Of a stretch of 64,000 bases of DNA, positions 37,380 to 48,802 are shown in pieces. Source of the DNA: Nymphaea colorata (taxonomy: Eukaryota); NCBI RefSeq assembly GCF_008831285.2, contig NC_045138.2, positions 42,408,001 through 42,472,000 of the forward strand, given 5' to 3'. The translations under genes and the position numbers were made by a program. Every line of letters starts with the position of its first letter. The first letter of the stretch is position 1. A model generated the notes under the pieces. The model was not told the origin of the DNA. It searched no databases and saw only the letters and a list, made by a program, of their open reading frames with translations.

Positions 37380-38270
37380 GTGTGACAAATATGAGAACAG
37401 AAATAAGAAACTAAAAAGAAAGAACAGTACGACTACTAGTGGGCATATGGAAATCTACGACTACTAATAATCCACTGGCTGGTAAAGAAGGCTGTTACAG
37501 AAACAGCCACAATTAGGAGAGAGAGAGAAAGAGCCAGCAACTAGCCCTTGGCTAGTCCCAACAAGAGTCAATTTCAACCAGGCTGTGGATGAGCGAACAA
37601 AGAATAAAAATAATACAAATAAAACAGAAAAATACAATAAAAACCTGTATACAAGTATATATATATATATTTTCCAGTCATATATGTGTTAAACATATTT
37701 GATTATAGATTTATATATAATAACTAAAACATACATATAAGTATGTACGCATATTTTAACACCTTCCTTCAAACTTAGTGTAATCACCAAAAGTTTGCTT
37801 AAAAGGAAATTGAATCTTGCAGAGCAAAGAGCCGTCATAAAGAAACCAACAAGCTGTGACTCTGAAGCCACATGTGGCAATTCAATAGTCTTCTTTAAAA
37901 TTTCCTCCTGAACAAAGTTCATTGTTCAGAAAAAAAAAGAAGGATTATGCAAAAAGGATTATGCATCTACGTAAGCAATTAAATTCAAAGAGGAGGGGAA
38001 CAGAAAAACTCCCTTATTATTCCCGTGATGCATCTGACAATCTGAAAGTACACACTCATGTGAACTGACGCTGGGGCATGCATAAATTAGCTAACCACAT
38101 GAACAGCATGAGCAATTTGGGTCTAGTTAATACTAATACATCAACGGACCCAATAATCGTCTATAAGGTGTGGGATTATCCCACTAAATACCCATCAAAT
38201 TTCATTTTGATACTAGCAAAATTAGTGTCTTCACTATCTTGTCATCTGTTATTCTTGACCTAGCAAGAAT
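37380..38270 (-). mobile_element. Ty1/copia remnant (RT end, RNase H end, PPT, 3' LTR) in intron 4 of the BTB gene
   Basis: Minus strand reads DNPTPYRRLLG, LTRP, LNLIAYVDA and FVQEEILKKTIELPHVASESQL..RFNFLLSKL. PPT AGTTTGAAGGAAGG is followed by TGTT at about 37760. The LTR end is approximate. Confidence 0.75.
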
Positions 38271-38936
38271 TTATGCAGCAGAATTTATACGTGTATGTGA
38301 TATAAATTATACCACAGACTGACAATGATAGACAGTTAACAACAAATGGAGACATTCCACAGCTTGGAGACTAACAATGTGGGACAGTTAGCCTAAAGAT
38401 TAGAATATGAGCAACTATGCAAAACCACCTAAACTATTACCAAGTCGTCATTTTTAATCATGAACCTGTGCTTAAGCCACTTTAATTACATTATCCACTA
38501 TTCTCACAAAGTGGAACAAACAGGCAGTATATTAATCTCCTTTCACAAAATCATGCTTATCTATCAATAGGCAGAAACTCAGTGTTGCTTCATAGGCAAA
38601 AACCGAAGTGGTTAAACATATCAAGAAAAGGTTTGCTATCCTTAATTTGCACAGGAAAAGAGGTGCTTAAAATGGCAAATTTGAGAAAGCCTCTAAACCC
38701 TGCAGATACAGCTTCTAAATGATAAGCCATGTGTCCACATTTTACATGCCATCCTAGTAATTCTCCACAAATATCACATGCATGCATACATTTCTCAATC
38801 CAATGATGTATCAACCAGTATTTGCTCAAGTTTCCCAATCAAAAAAGTACTATGACTACAATACACATAATTAATAAAAGAGTTACAAAATTTTATGAGA
38901 AGCAAAGTATTGATAGAAAAAGTAAAGATGCAATAC

Positions 38937-39070
38937 ATATCAGATAATATCAGCCAATCGCATAACTCTGCTGGTGAAGCCATTTCCAAGTGTGGTAAAA
39001 GAGCATCAGCAGCTGCACGCTTCAGAGGAAACAATAAATACCTTGAAGCAGCATCAAACATTTCCTCGGC
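38937..39070 (-). CDS. Ankyrin-repeat/BTB-POZ protein, exon 4
   Basis: TAACAG acceptor; [44 protein letters not shown](M); donor GTATTG. 134 nt, phase consistent. Confidence 0.93.
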
Positions 39071-39151
39071 CTGTTAAAGAGCATATTAATATGCGAAAGA
39101 TAAAAAAAAATTGTGACTGAAGGTTGCGGAATCAAATGCAACTTGGCTTAC

Positions 39152-39188
39152 CTGATCAGGATCAATATCCTTTAGGCTGTCTGTATAC
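39152..39188 (-). CDS. Ankyrin-repeat/BTB-POZ protein, exon 3 (37 nt)
   Basis: CTTCAG acceptor; (M)YTDSLKDIDPDQ; donor GTAAGC. Completes the BTB EFMYTD motif and restores the frame. Confidence 0.9.
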
Positions 39189-39266
39189 CTGAAGAGAATG
39201 GCATACAATAAGCTGTAAGAGAATCTCCGTAGTCTGAAAACTATTAAATAAGAGTGATGAACTTAC

Positions 39267-40026
39267 ATAAACTCAATCATCTTGTCAAATGTCTCTGGAC
39301 TCAGATCATGCTCTTCAAGCAAAGGAAGAGACTGACCATGAAGTCCAGCAGTACCTTCACGAAAACCAGTCATTCGAGACAGTCTTGCTTTGAAATACTC
39401 GGATCGTGAAGCCATAACAACTTGATGACACCTGAATATCTTCCCAGAAACTAAGATACAGACATCTGCAAGATCTTCCATAGAATGACTTGGCATATTA
39501 GCCAACACTTGTGATGAACTATCAGCATCTTCAGCATTTTCCAATATTGCTAGTGCACTGAAGTTGGACAGAGATATCCTAAGGAATCGTTGCATTGCAG
39601 CAGGAAGCCTGTCCTCCTCAGGGAGGGACAGTCCCTGGAGGATAAATCGTTTTTGAGAATTATCAACATCCCTCAATGACTTGTACTCGGCATATTTTTG
39701 GTGAACCAATTCTTTCTCAAGGACCTTCCTTAATCCCTCACATTCACACACTTTGCAGATCCGTATAAGATCTTCCATGTCATCAACTGCAATCTCAAGC
39801 CTATCAGAGTAGAAGAAATGGACAAGGCTATATAAAGCAGGGTAAGACAGCTTTCCTTTGGAAAATCTCACTTCCTGACGATGCCTCCAGTCATCCATAA
39901 ATTTCCTTCTAAAGAAGGGTGAGCGAGCACTCAGAATTACACGGTGTGCTTCAATTGGTCGGCCATGCACAAAAAATGTTACATCAGGAGGAAAAATGTA
40001 AGATATACCATCTTGTGCAAAATGAC
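39267..40026 (-). CDS. Ankyrin-repeat/BTB-POZ protein, exon 2 (two BTB domains)
   Basis: [26 protein letters not shown] (BTB1) and [26 protein letters not shown] (BTB2). CATCAG acceptor, GTAAGT donor. Confidence 0.95.
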
Positions 40027-42135
40027 CTGATGAATAGAGAAACAACAAAGTCATATCTTTTTGTACAGTCAGCTCTGCATAAAAAATCTATCAAACAAAG
40101 TACCTCAGCAGATATCAAAAGGAAGTAAAATGCTAATTGCTTTGAACAAAAATGAACCAGTATCCTTCATCTCTGGCTTCCAAGGCCCGAACAAGAAATC
40201 CCAATCTACGAAGGTAGATCCAAAAGGGAACTATAACTGAGAAAGATGTTGCTTATAGACTGCAACATGTAAATGAATGGGCTACTTCCCAGCACATGAT
40301 CACTCCCTCTTCCAATACCATGTTATCTCCCAATAACTACTTACTTTGATGATGAACAAATGGTGACACATTTCTAAAGAACTTAATTAGCAAACCTCCA
40401 AATTTGGTTTGGAGTTCCTCTGAACCCTCGTAAAGTTACACAAAAGCAGCTAATGTTTCTGTACTTTAATGTCCAAACTTGACAAATAAGCAAATATATA
40501 AAGCATATTCCATGTTCTAGACATTTGAATTGAGTCGGAGGACAAGGGTCGCATCTCCTTATTTTATTTTGATCATATCATTCTGTTTTTCTCTTGATAT
40601 GGTTGCTGTTTGTATGTTCCTTCAGTTTGGATTCAGGAAACTGTTTACCAACACTGTGCATTAGTAGTTCTTGCCATCATCACACCATCTTTTCCCCTCC
40701 AGGCACCTCCCCATCATAAATTTGCCTATGGAGCTTTTTGACCAGAATGCATGCCACATGAGAGTGTACTGAGGTTGGTTTGGAAGCCAAGGATTACTTC
40801 TCTTTTAGCCCAGGTTGTTCGATCATCATTGCAGTCTAATCTTCTCATCCTCTTTAGGTTAAGGTGCCTTATGTCCAGATGGTCACGCATTGTAGCCAAC
40901 TGGTCTATTTCAGATTAAATGTTGCTTTTTGAGTTAGGATATAGTATTTGAATTGATTGATTTTTAAGAATAATATATTATGTAACATAGTAAGGGATGG
41001 ATTCGCTAGGGAGGCGTTTGATGTAAAATAAGATGTTTGATTTTGGTTAGGTGTCATAAGAGAGAGAGAGAAATCAAGAAACAAAATCCAGGCTTGTCTA
41101 CTAGTTTTCAGAAAGACTACCCATTCCTTAATTCACAGTAATTGACAACGGACAGATGGAATCCCCTTGATGCAAAGGCTCCAAGCACATTCGGTAACTG
41201 AAATATCACGTTTAAGGGTAACAGAGTGGTCCACCAGAAGCACAAGTACCTAAAACAATTCAGACCAACTTTATGAAGAATTATTGAACTGGTTCCATAT
41301 GACAAGAACCAAATCTTCCATTCATAAATGTCCTTGGACAGAATGAAGGCATGCTAACCAGACAAAGTGGGATACGAATCTTTCAGTGACCAAATTTTTA
41401 TAAAAATCTTGAAAACATTAATAACCAAGAGATACTAGAACTAAATATGATAACCTTTTTTCCAGATTCATAACAAGTGCTTTGTTATGTTAGTTGAGTA
41501 AATTGTGGTCCTCTGAAGTCTGAACTCCATATGCTTTCAAATCGCCTAACAAGAGAAGTACGCTTTCCCTATTTCTTTTGCTTGTCTCCCACAGCTTAAC
41601 AAGAAACAACAGCTGAACTTGACTCGACCTATTAGAAGATACAAGGTCCATAATTCATATTTCCACCATAACAAGATAAAATCTGAAGCTAAATTTGGTA
41701 ACCCAACAACTCTGTCTTTGAAGCTTACACTTACAAAATCATCGCGTGGACGAACATTCCAATGAGTAGATCTTAGCCTGGAGGCTTGTCCGAAGCGTTA
41801 ACACATAAGTACCTATTTGAGGCGACTAGATTGAACACAGACGAACTATTAACTACACGAAGGGTCAGTTACGGCTTCCTGGGCAATAACATTGCAAGTA
41901 CGAACTGGTTCAATTGCCCTCACAAGGTTGACGAACAAAATAAACGACTACAATATGGTTGCATATTCAAACCTTCTATAACTTTTACCGCTGACCTATC
42001 AAATCTCAGCAACGGTAAGCGGGCTCAAGAGATAGTGACAGGTCAAACAAGAAACAGAAAGAAGAGAACCACCATGGAGCTAAAGAGTAAAAAAACTCCG
42101 CAGCATTATGGGAAGAAGGAAGGAGAGAACCGTAC

Positions 42136-42619
42136 CTGATGCAGGCTGCTGATCGAAGAGGGCGGAGGATCGGTTGGCAGGGCAGCTGATGAAAGTGTCG
42201 CGGAGGGCGGACTGAAGCGGACCGAGGGGCGGTGGGCGGGCCTCAAAGGCCTTGAGCAGCCTGCGGACCTTGAGGTTAAGGGCGGCGTAGTGACATCGGT
42301 CGCCGTCGAAGGTGTGCTCGGAGCAGATGGCGCCGTTCTCGAGCAGCATGCGGGCGGCGTCGAGGTTACCCGCGAGACAGGCGTAGTAGAGGGCGACGGA
42401 GTCCCAGGCGTCCCTGGCATTCACGTTGATGCCGAGCTCAAGCAGGTAGCCCAGCCGCTCCAGATCGCCGGCACGGGCGGCCTCGAAGACGTCACCGTTA
42501 GGTACCTTCTTCAGTGGCACGAACGGCTCCTCCTCGTCTGGGTCGTAGTCCAGCCCCTCCAACTCAGCGTCCATCGTCCACCGACGCGAGTTTACGCTCT
42601 CCGTCGTGGTTGACACCAT
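42136..42619 (-). CDS. Ankyrin-repeat/BTB-POZ protein, exon 1 (At2g04740-like, ABTB1/BPOZ-type putative CUL3 adaptor); spliced CDS 1743 nt = 580 aa
   Basis: [55 protein letters not shown] ankyrin repeats. ATG at 42619; donor CAG|GTACGG. Confidence 0.95.
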
Positions 42620-43085
42620 CTCCGTCTTCCTCTCGCTCTACTCGGGATGCAGGGTGTAGCTGTGTCTGTGTGGGAGGCAGCGGATGATGAAAGAACGAGA
42701 AGCAATGAAGCATTCGTCCCTACAGCGTCGTAGTTGGTCAGCTTGGCCCCAACTCGTCCGTTAGATAGATGGGTCAAGTTCCAGCCGGTACGTGGCCTGC
42801 ACTCCTTTTGGATACGTTGCCTTCTCTTTTGGGCTGGAGAGAAAAGGTAGTAACGTTATAAATAAAAAAGAAATGGCAAAAAACTATATTTGTTTACCTG
42901 TATAAAAGGAAAAAAAAAATTCTAAGTTCGTTTCCGAAAAACGCTTGCTGGAAGCTGGCCTCCGACCCTTTCATTTATGTTATAAGCAAGGAACAAGCGA
43001 TGTTTATACACGTATATGGATCCCAAAAATAAAAAATAGAGTCATGGAGCCCTTAATTACATGGGGAACAAAAGCCTTGGACCAC

Positions 43086-44570
43086 CTACCTGGTCGGAAG
43101 GTCCTTTGAGTCCTGTAAAAAAAATGGCAAATTTTTAATATTTGTCAGGTCTGCTCTGAACATGCCTCTCCCTTCTAAACCATCTGCCCTGCACGCAAGC
43201 AGCACCCCTCTCCTTTCTTCTCCAAAATCTATTCCCACCACTATCCTCCATGAATTTCTGGTCATCTTTGACACAATATGAATATGGAACTCGTCTTGGA
43301 TGGTCTCCGACCATTCACCAGCCGTGATTCCACTTCTCAGCCAGAGAACAGCTTTTGAGGCCTTTTTCCTTATGACGTAGAGTATATTTGAAGGCATCAA
43401 TGCACATTGATCAAGTGTTTTTTCTAGAGATTTTGTTGTGCATTCTGCCTCATCTATCATACGTCTACTTATGGTTCTCCAAGCGTTCCACACTACCAGA
43501 TGAAAGCATGTTGTCTAGCATAACATCTTCCATGGTTTTGAAAATTTATAGCAAAGCCATTTTTTGAAATCGTTAACAATAATGCCTGTGAAAGAGTGTT
43601 TTTTCTAGAATCTCTTTCCAATCATCTCCATATCTTTTTTGTCATGTTGCAGTAGAATAGAATATGATCTGTGGTTTCGTCTTCACGTTGGCATAAAAAA
43701 CATCTATTTGCTAATGTTGTTCCTTGCTTCTTCCATCTATTTAGGGTTGGTGGCTTGCCACTACTAGCTACATAGGTGAACCGTCATGCTCTCGGATGGG
43801 CGCGTTCTGCCCATATCCATTTTTTCCATAAATCATTAGAATTGCGGCCATTGATCAATCTCCATATATCTTCCATAGGAAAAGACCAATGGCCTTGCTG
43901 TCAAGCAAATGAATGTCTTTAGTTGCACTTAGGGTTAGCCTCTCCACCCTACAGGTGCTCATCATGTCTTTGAAATCAGGGCTTAAGATTTGATCTAAGT
44001 TAATGACTTCTTTCACAGTCAGCTTGAAGCTGTGCTGAAACCTACTAAACATTTCCCCAGTGGCCTGCTTGTATAGACAGACTTCATTACTTACATCTTG
44101 CCAAATTTTGACATTTCTTCCTCCAATATTTCATCTCACCCTACCTTTGATGCTATTGCTAGCCTCTATGAACCTTTAAAAAATGAGGTGTCATTGCCTC
44201 CATTCCAAGTCCATATGCTATGATAGTTGAAGTATTTTCTCTTGACACACCCTGCCCAAAGTGATTGGTCACCATACACTTGGATGCACTTTTTTGGCTA
44301 GCATAGCCTTGCACCTATCTTGAGGACTTAGCATGCATGTGCATCCCTTTGCAATTTGGCTGGCATAGTGTTTTCCAAATGATGAGGTGATGTCTTCTCC
44401 TAGCTTTGGACCCTCCTCATAAGAAATTTGCCATGGTAGTATCCAGCACATTAAAGGTACACTTAGGCAGCTTGAACACAATGCTCCATAAGCCAATTAC
44501 CTAAGATAAGATGGTTTTAAGGAGGCAAATTCTCCCACCATATGATAGTAGTGGAATTCTCCACATCGAG
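43086..44570 (-). mobile_element. L1-type LINE, 3' part of ORF2 (post-RT region and zf-RVT), degenerate
   Basis: Minus strand reads LLSYGGRICLLKTILS..VFKLPK..HLIIWKTLCQP and NRCFLCQREDETTDHILFYC..KKIW. Cut at 44570 by an LTR. Confidence 0.85.
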
Positions 44571-47500
44571 TGTAACGCCCGTTATATTGTTGGGCAAGTC
44601 GGGTCGGATCGGGACCCAGACCCAGACCCGCAGCTTACCCGCGTAAGAGCCCGACGAGGGCTGTTCTCCCTCGTCCTCCTCTCGCTCTCCTCCTTTTGTT
44701 GCCTCTCTTGCTGCTAGGGAGCTCCACGCAGAGAGGAAGAAGAAGACTGAGGTGGTGCCAGTGGCGGTGGTGACGACGGCGACTGAGGCGGCGGCACTTG
44801 GGTAAACTCTTTTTCTCTCTCTCGTGCTTTGTTTTCTTTTCTCCGCCACTCTCATGCTCCCTTGCCCTCTCTACTGCACGTTTTCTCTTCCTCTTTCTCG
44901 CCACTCTCTTTCCCCTTTATGCTAGCTCCCTCCCGCACGGTCCCTCTCCTCACTCACCCTCACTCTCCCACCGGCTCTCTCTCTTCTTTCACGTCCTCTC
45001 CCCCTCACTGCCCTTCTTCCCCATTTCTGTCCGAACCCTCCTCCCCTCGCTCTCTCTTCTGTTCACCCCTTCCTGTCAGCGCCTTCCCTTGCCTACACAC
45101 TCCTTACGTGAGCTCTCTCCCCATTTTTTCTATTTGTTTTTCCCCTTTTTCCCTAACCGAGCACTCCTTCTCATGGATTTCATCACTGTTTGTTAGGATT
45201 CCAGTTTGAGGAATGCATTCTTTCCCTCGTATCAGCGTTTAGGTGGTGTTGGTGGTGGCGGCTTGGCACAATTTCTGCCATTTGGGGACCAATTGTACGC
45301 TTGAGGTGGCTGTCGGAGGCGTCACAGCAGTTTGGACACTTAGATTGGGGTGAGCAAGGCCTATTTGAGCGTAGATTATTGAATATTATCTATGAGAGCA
45401 TGTATAATTATTGTTTGAGCTTGTTAAAGTTTAGAATTGATGATTTGGGACGCATGTTAACGATTTTGTTTTTGGGGAAGTTTAGGATTATGATGGAGAA
45501 GTGTTGATTCATGCCTATAATGATCATTTAAGCATTATGAGTTGATTTTCGAAGCATTAGGGAAGCATGGTAGAGATTGTGTTGTTGTGGGGAAGATTTA
45601 AAACCATCTTAGGGAGCACGTGGCACACGTTTTTTGTGAATGGGTGCATCTTGGAGTTAAATATACGTAAGTTGGGTGTGACTATGGGGTTGACGCCTAG
45701 ACTACAAAAAGCAAATGAGAAATGTGTTGTGAGGGACTGGGCGAAGCATTGAGTTTTGACATCTGTTGGCACGACAAGAAGTTGTGAAGTGACCTATTGG
45801 AGAATTTGTAGGTCGACACCCTCTTGAGGCGATGACACATGCCTCAATGATGTTGTTTTGTATTTGTTTGAATTGTTTGGGTATCTAGTAGGAATCTTAT
45901 ATTTTGTTTATGTCTGCAGGAACACCGGGCACGTCCCGTCTACCTTGAGGTACTGGATTCGAAGCTTGAGACATTTTGAAGAGTTTGTGAGTGCGCCACA
46001 GGTATGGCAGCATTCCAGACAAATCTCTGCCTAGGGCAAATGTATGAATGTGTGTTCCTAGGGTCGTGGGATCCTAGGAGTATGATGCAATTGATTGACT
46101 GTTTAGTGAATGAATGTGTGTATGCATGTAAATGTTTTGATATGAATTGTTTTGGAAAGACTATGAAAAGTTTGTTTTGAAAATGTTACGTATTTGCATG
46201 TGCATGCTAGAATTGATAACTGTTTAGGACAGATGAGGTGGGGTATCGAGTCGAGTGTCTCCTCGACCCCAATTGTGCATTAGAAAGCATCCTAGAATGA
46301 TAATTGCATAGGACAGCTACGAGCCAATCACAGATCGAGACTACTCTCTGTGGTTTGGTTAAGATTTTGAAGATGTGATTGATATGATGAATGATGTGAA
46401 TGTTTCGTTCTGTTGCATAAACATTATTGTGGGCAATGATGCAAATAATGGAATTGCAGGGTAGTCATACCCGTATTGTATGACGGCTAGCTATGACTGT
46501 TATTGTTATGTGTAGACCTTGTGTGGAGGCAATTGGAGGTGTAGGTGCACTCGTGAAGTGCACCAACCTCATGAGCTAGCCAGTTAGTTGTGAATGTGTT
46601 AATCTAATGATAAGAATGAATGAATAAAAGATGAGAGGCCAGTGGGATGTGGCTATGTGTTTAGGAGACGCCCCGCTTTTGCCACTGGTCTCGCCTGTTC
46701 GGAGCGCAGGCGGTGCAAGGCCCCAGGGTTCTGTTGTGTGTTGTGCTTGGAGCATTGGGCTCCCGCCTTCCCAACCTGGGTGCCTAGGGAAGGCTGAGTA
46801 TCTCTCATTGGACTTCACACATCCATGGACGAGTGCTCTACCACTGCAGCGAATGAAATGGATCCATACTGTTCTGGGCCACCACGGGAGTTGTCTCTTG
46901 GTTGTAGGCCGCCCACGGTGTGCACGTGCCTGTGTTGCACCCACAGGAACTGTTAATACACTGAAGTTAATGAAAATGTATTGTATATGATTGATTGTAC
47001 GTGATTGAGAGGCATGTGATCGTTGTGCTTATAAATGCAAGTGAAATGTTTAAGCATGTCTTGCATGTGATTTGAAAGTTAGTTACTGTGGCCATTGAGT
47101 GACTTTTACGTGTCGTGCCCTGATACGACATGATGATAGATGAACTTGATGTTTGTTCTTTTATTTGAGCCCTACCTAAGAGGGTTTGGTGTCCTAGCTT
47201 GTTGCCATACTGCGAAGGCTAAACCTTCAGTTGTTTTCTTTTTCAGGTTTGGTGGACCAGGGGCAACAGGTTGAACAGATGGCTTCACTCACGTCCTACT
47301 AGGGAGGTTTTGGGATGCGTCTTTTGTAGTACTGGCACGTCTTATTTTGGTTTTGTTGATGTCTTGTTTTTGTTAGGCATCAATTATACAGTTTGGGGCA
47401 TTTTTGTCATATATAGATATGATTTTGTATGAATTGAAATGATTACATAAATGAAAGTTCGCCCCATTGTTTTGAATGGCATGACTCCTTCATTTTTGGA

Positions 47501-48353
47501 TTGTTGAGTAGTCGCACCTTGATGCTTTATGTTTAGAAAAAAAAATGTTTGTGAGTGTCAAAAGTTCGGGGTGTGACAGTTTTGGTATCAGAGCTATGGC
47601 AAACCCCATTATGGATGTGAGTTAAAGTCTATCTGTGAAGCCGTGTTGCTCAGGTACGCATTGATTTGATTGAATTGTTATTGTAGTTTTGATTTTACAA
47701 GTATAAGTACATAATGTGATCGATGTTTTGAACTTTGTGCTCATGCACGTTTGTGATTGGATTTGTAAGATTGGTCATAGACTTGGTTTAAGAACAGGGG
47801 TTTTTGTTTGTACAGATGGAATATCAACGTAGGGGTAAAAAGCGAGTTGGGCTGTCTACAGAGGCACAAAGAGAGCCAAGTCCGGTCCGTTCTGATGCAC
47901 GTACCCTAGTGGATGACAGTACATCAGGGCAACAGAATGCCCAACTGGGTGGGGGTGCTCAAACCCCACCGAGACAGACTCCACCTACGGATCAGCATAC
48001 TATATTGCTGACCACGTTGCAAACGCTGACCTCGCTACTACAGTCGATGGTCAGTAATCGGAGGAGTAATGCATCTTCTTCAGGAGACACCAGTGCTTCA
48101 CTTCGGGAGAAGGCAATGGCAGTGTCGTACCAACAGTTATGGCGATGCAGCCGCCTATCTTTTCAGGAGGGGGTAGTCACGACAAGGCAAAAGAATGGAT
48201 TGAGGAAGTGGAACACATTTTTGGGCTTCTGAAGGTACCAGAAGAAGATAAAGTGAATTATGGCTCTTATCTGTTGAAGGGTGATGCTAAGAATTGGTGG
48301 CAATCGACTAGTGAGATTCGGTTTGCGGACCAACTGTCAATCTCTTGGAAATA
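44571..48353 (+). mobile_element. Tekay/Del chromovirus (Ty3/gypsy): complete 5' LTR (44571-47578), PBS and truncated gag
   Basis: LTR TGTAACGCCC...GGGGTGTGACA. PBS TGGTATCAGAGC at 47583-47594 (tRNA-iMet). gag ATG at 47816, QPPIFSGG..AKEWIEEVEHIF..LLKGDAKNWWQS, one frameshift, ending at ISWK. Confidence 0.92.
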
Positions 48354-48800
48354 AGTTGTATTTTTATCACCTTTTACCCTCCACCTTATTTTGGATCTCT
48401 GTCCCCAGATGTCGACTTTCATATTCAAGAGCCTGATCTAGCACTTTGCAAAGGAGGATTTCATATTCTTCCAAGTCTGAGTAAACCAGCATCCAAGTAG
48501 CTCTGAACCTTCAACATATGAACCCTGCAATTTTAAGAGAAACATTGCCCACCTCTAGCTTGCACCACCTAAAAAGTTTAGATTTCACCCTTTCTAATAA
48601 TTTCAAAACTAGTGGGCATACCTGCTCTTCTTACCTAAGAAGTTTGAGTACTTTAAATTTCTTCTATTACCTTGATTTTGATTGCGTGAGTAAGCATTGA
48701 GTCTGACCACAAGTGCACTGTGATCATAAATGCCTCTTACCCACTTTTAGTTTTGCACTAAGGCCACATGTAGTATTCCAAGGCTAATTGACACATTCCC
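48354..48800 (-). mobile_element. L1-type LINE fragment (endonuclease end to pre-RT linker), probably the same LINE as 43086-44570
   Basis: Minus strand reads GIYDHSAL (SDH motif) and IWGQRSKIRWRVKGDKN (WxQRSRxxWxxxGDKN motif). Confidence 0.65.
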
Positions 48801-48802
48801 AA

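Noticed and set aside
42106..42613. Alternative-frame and antisense ORFs over BTB exon 1
   Set aside because: Expected shadow ORFs of a GC-rich exon.
44511..45507. Cluster of 70-130 aa ORFs on both strands (also 51256-51880)
   Set aside because: They lie in the CT-rich part of chromovirus LTRs and have no domain motifs.
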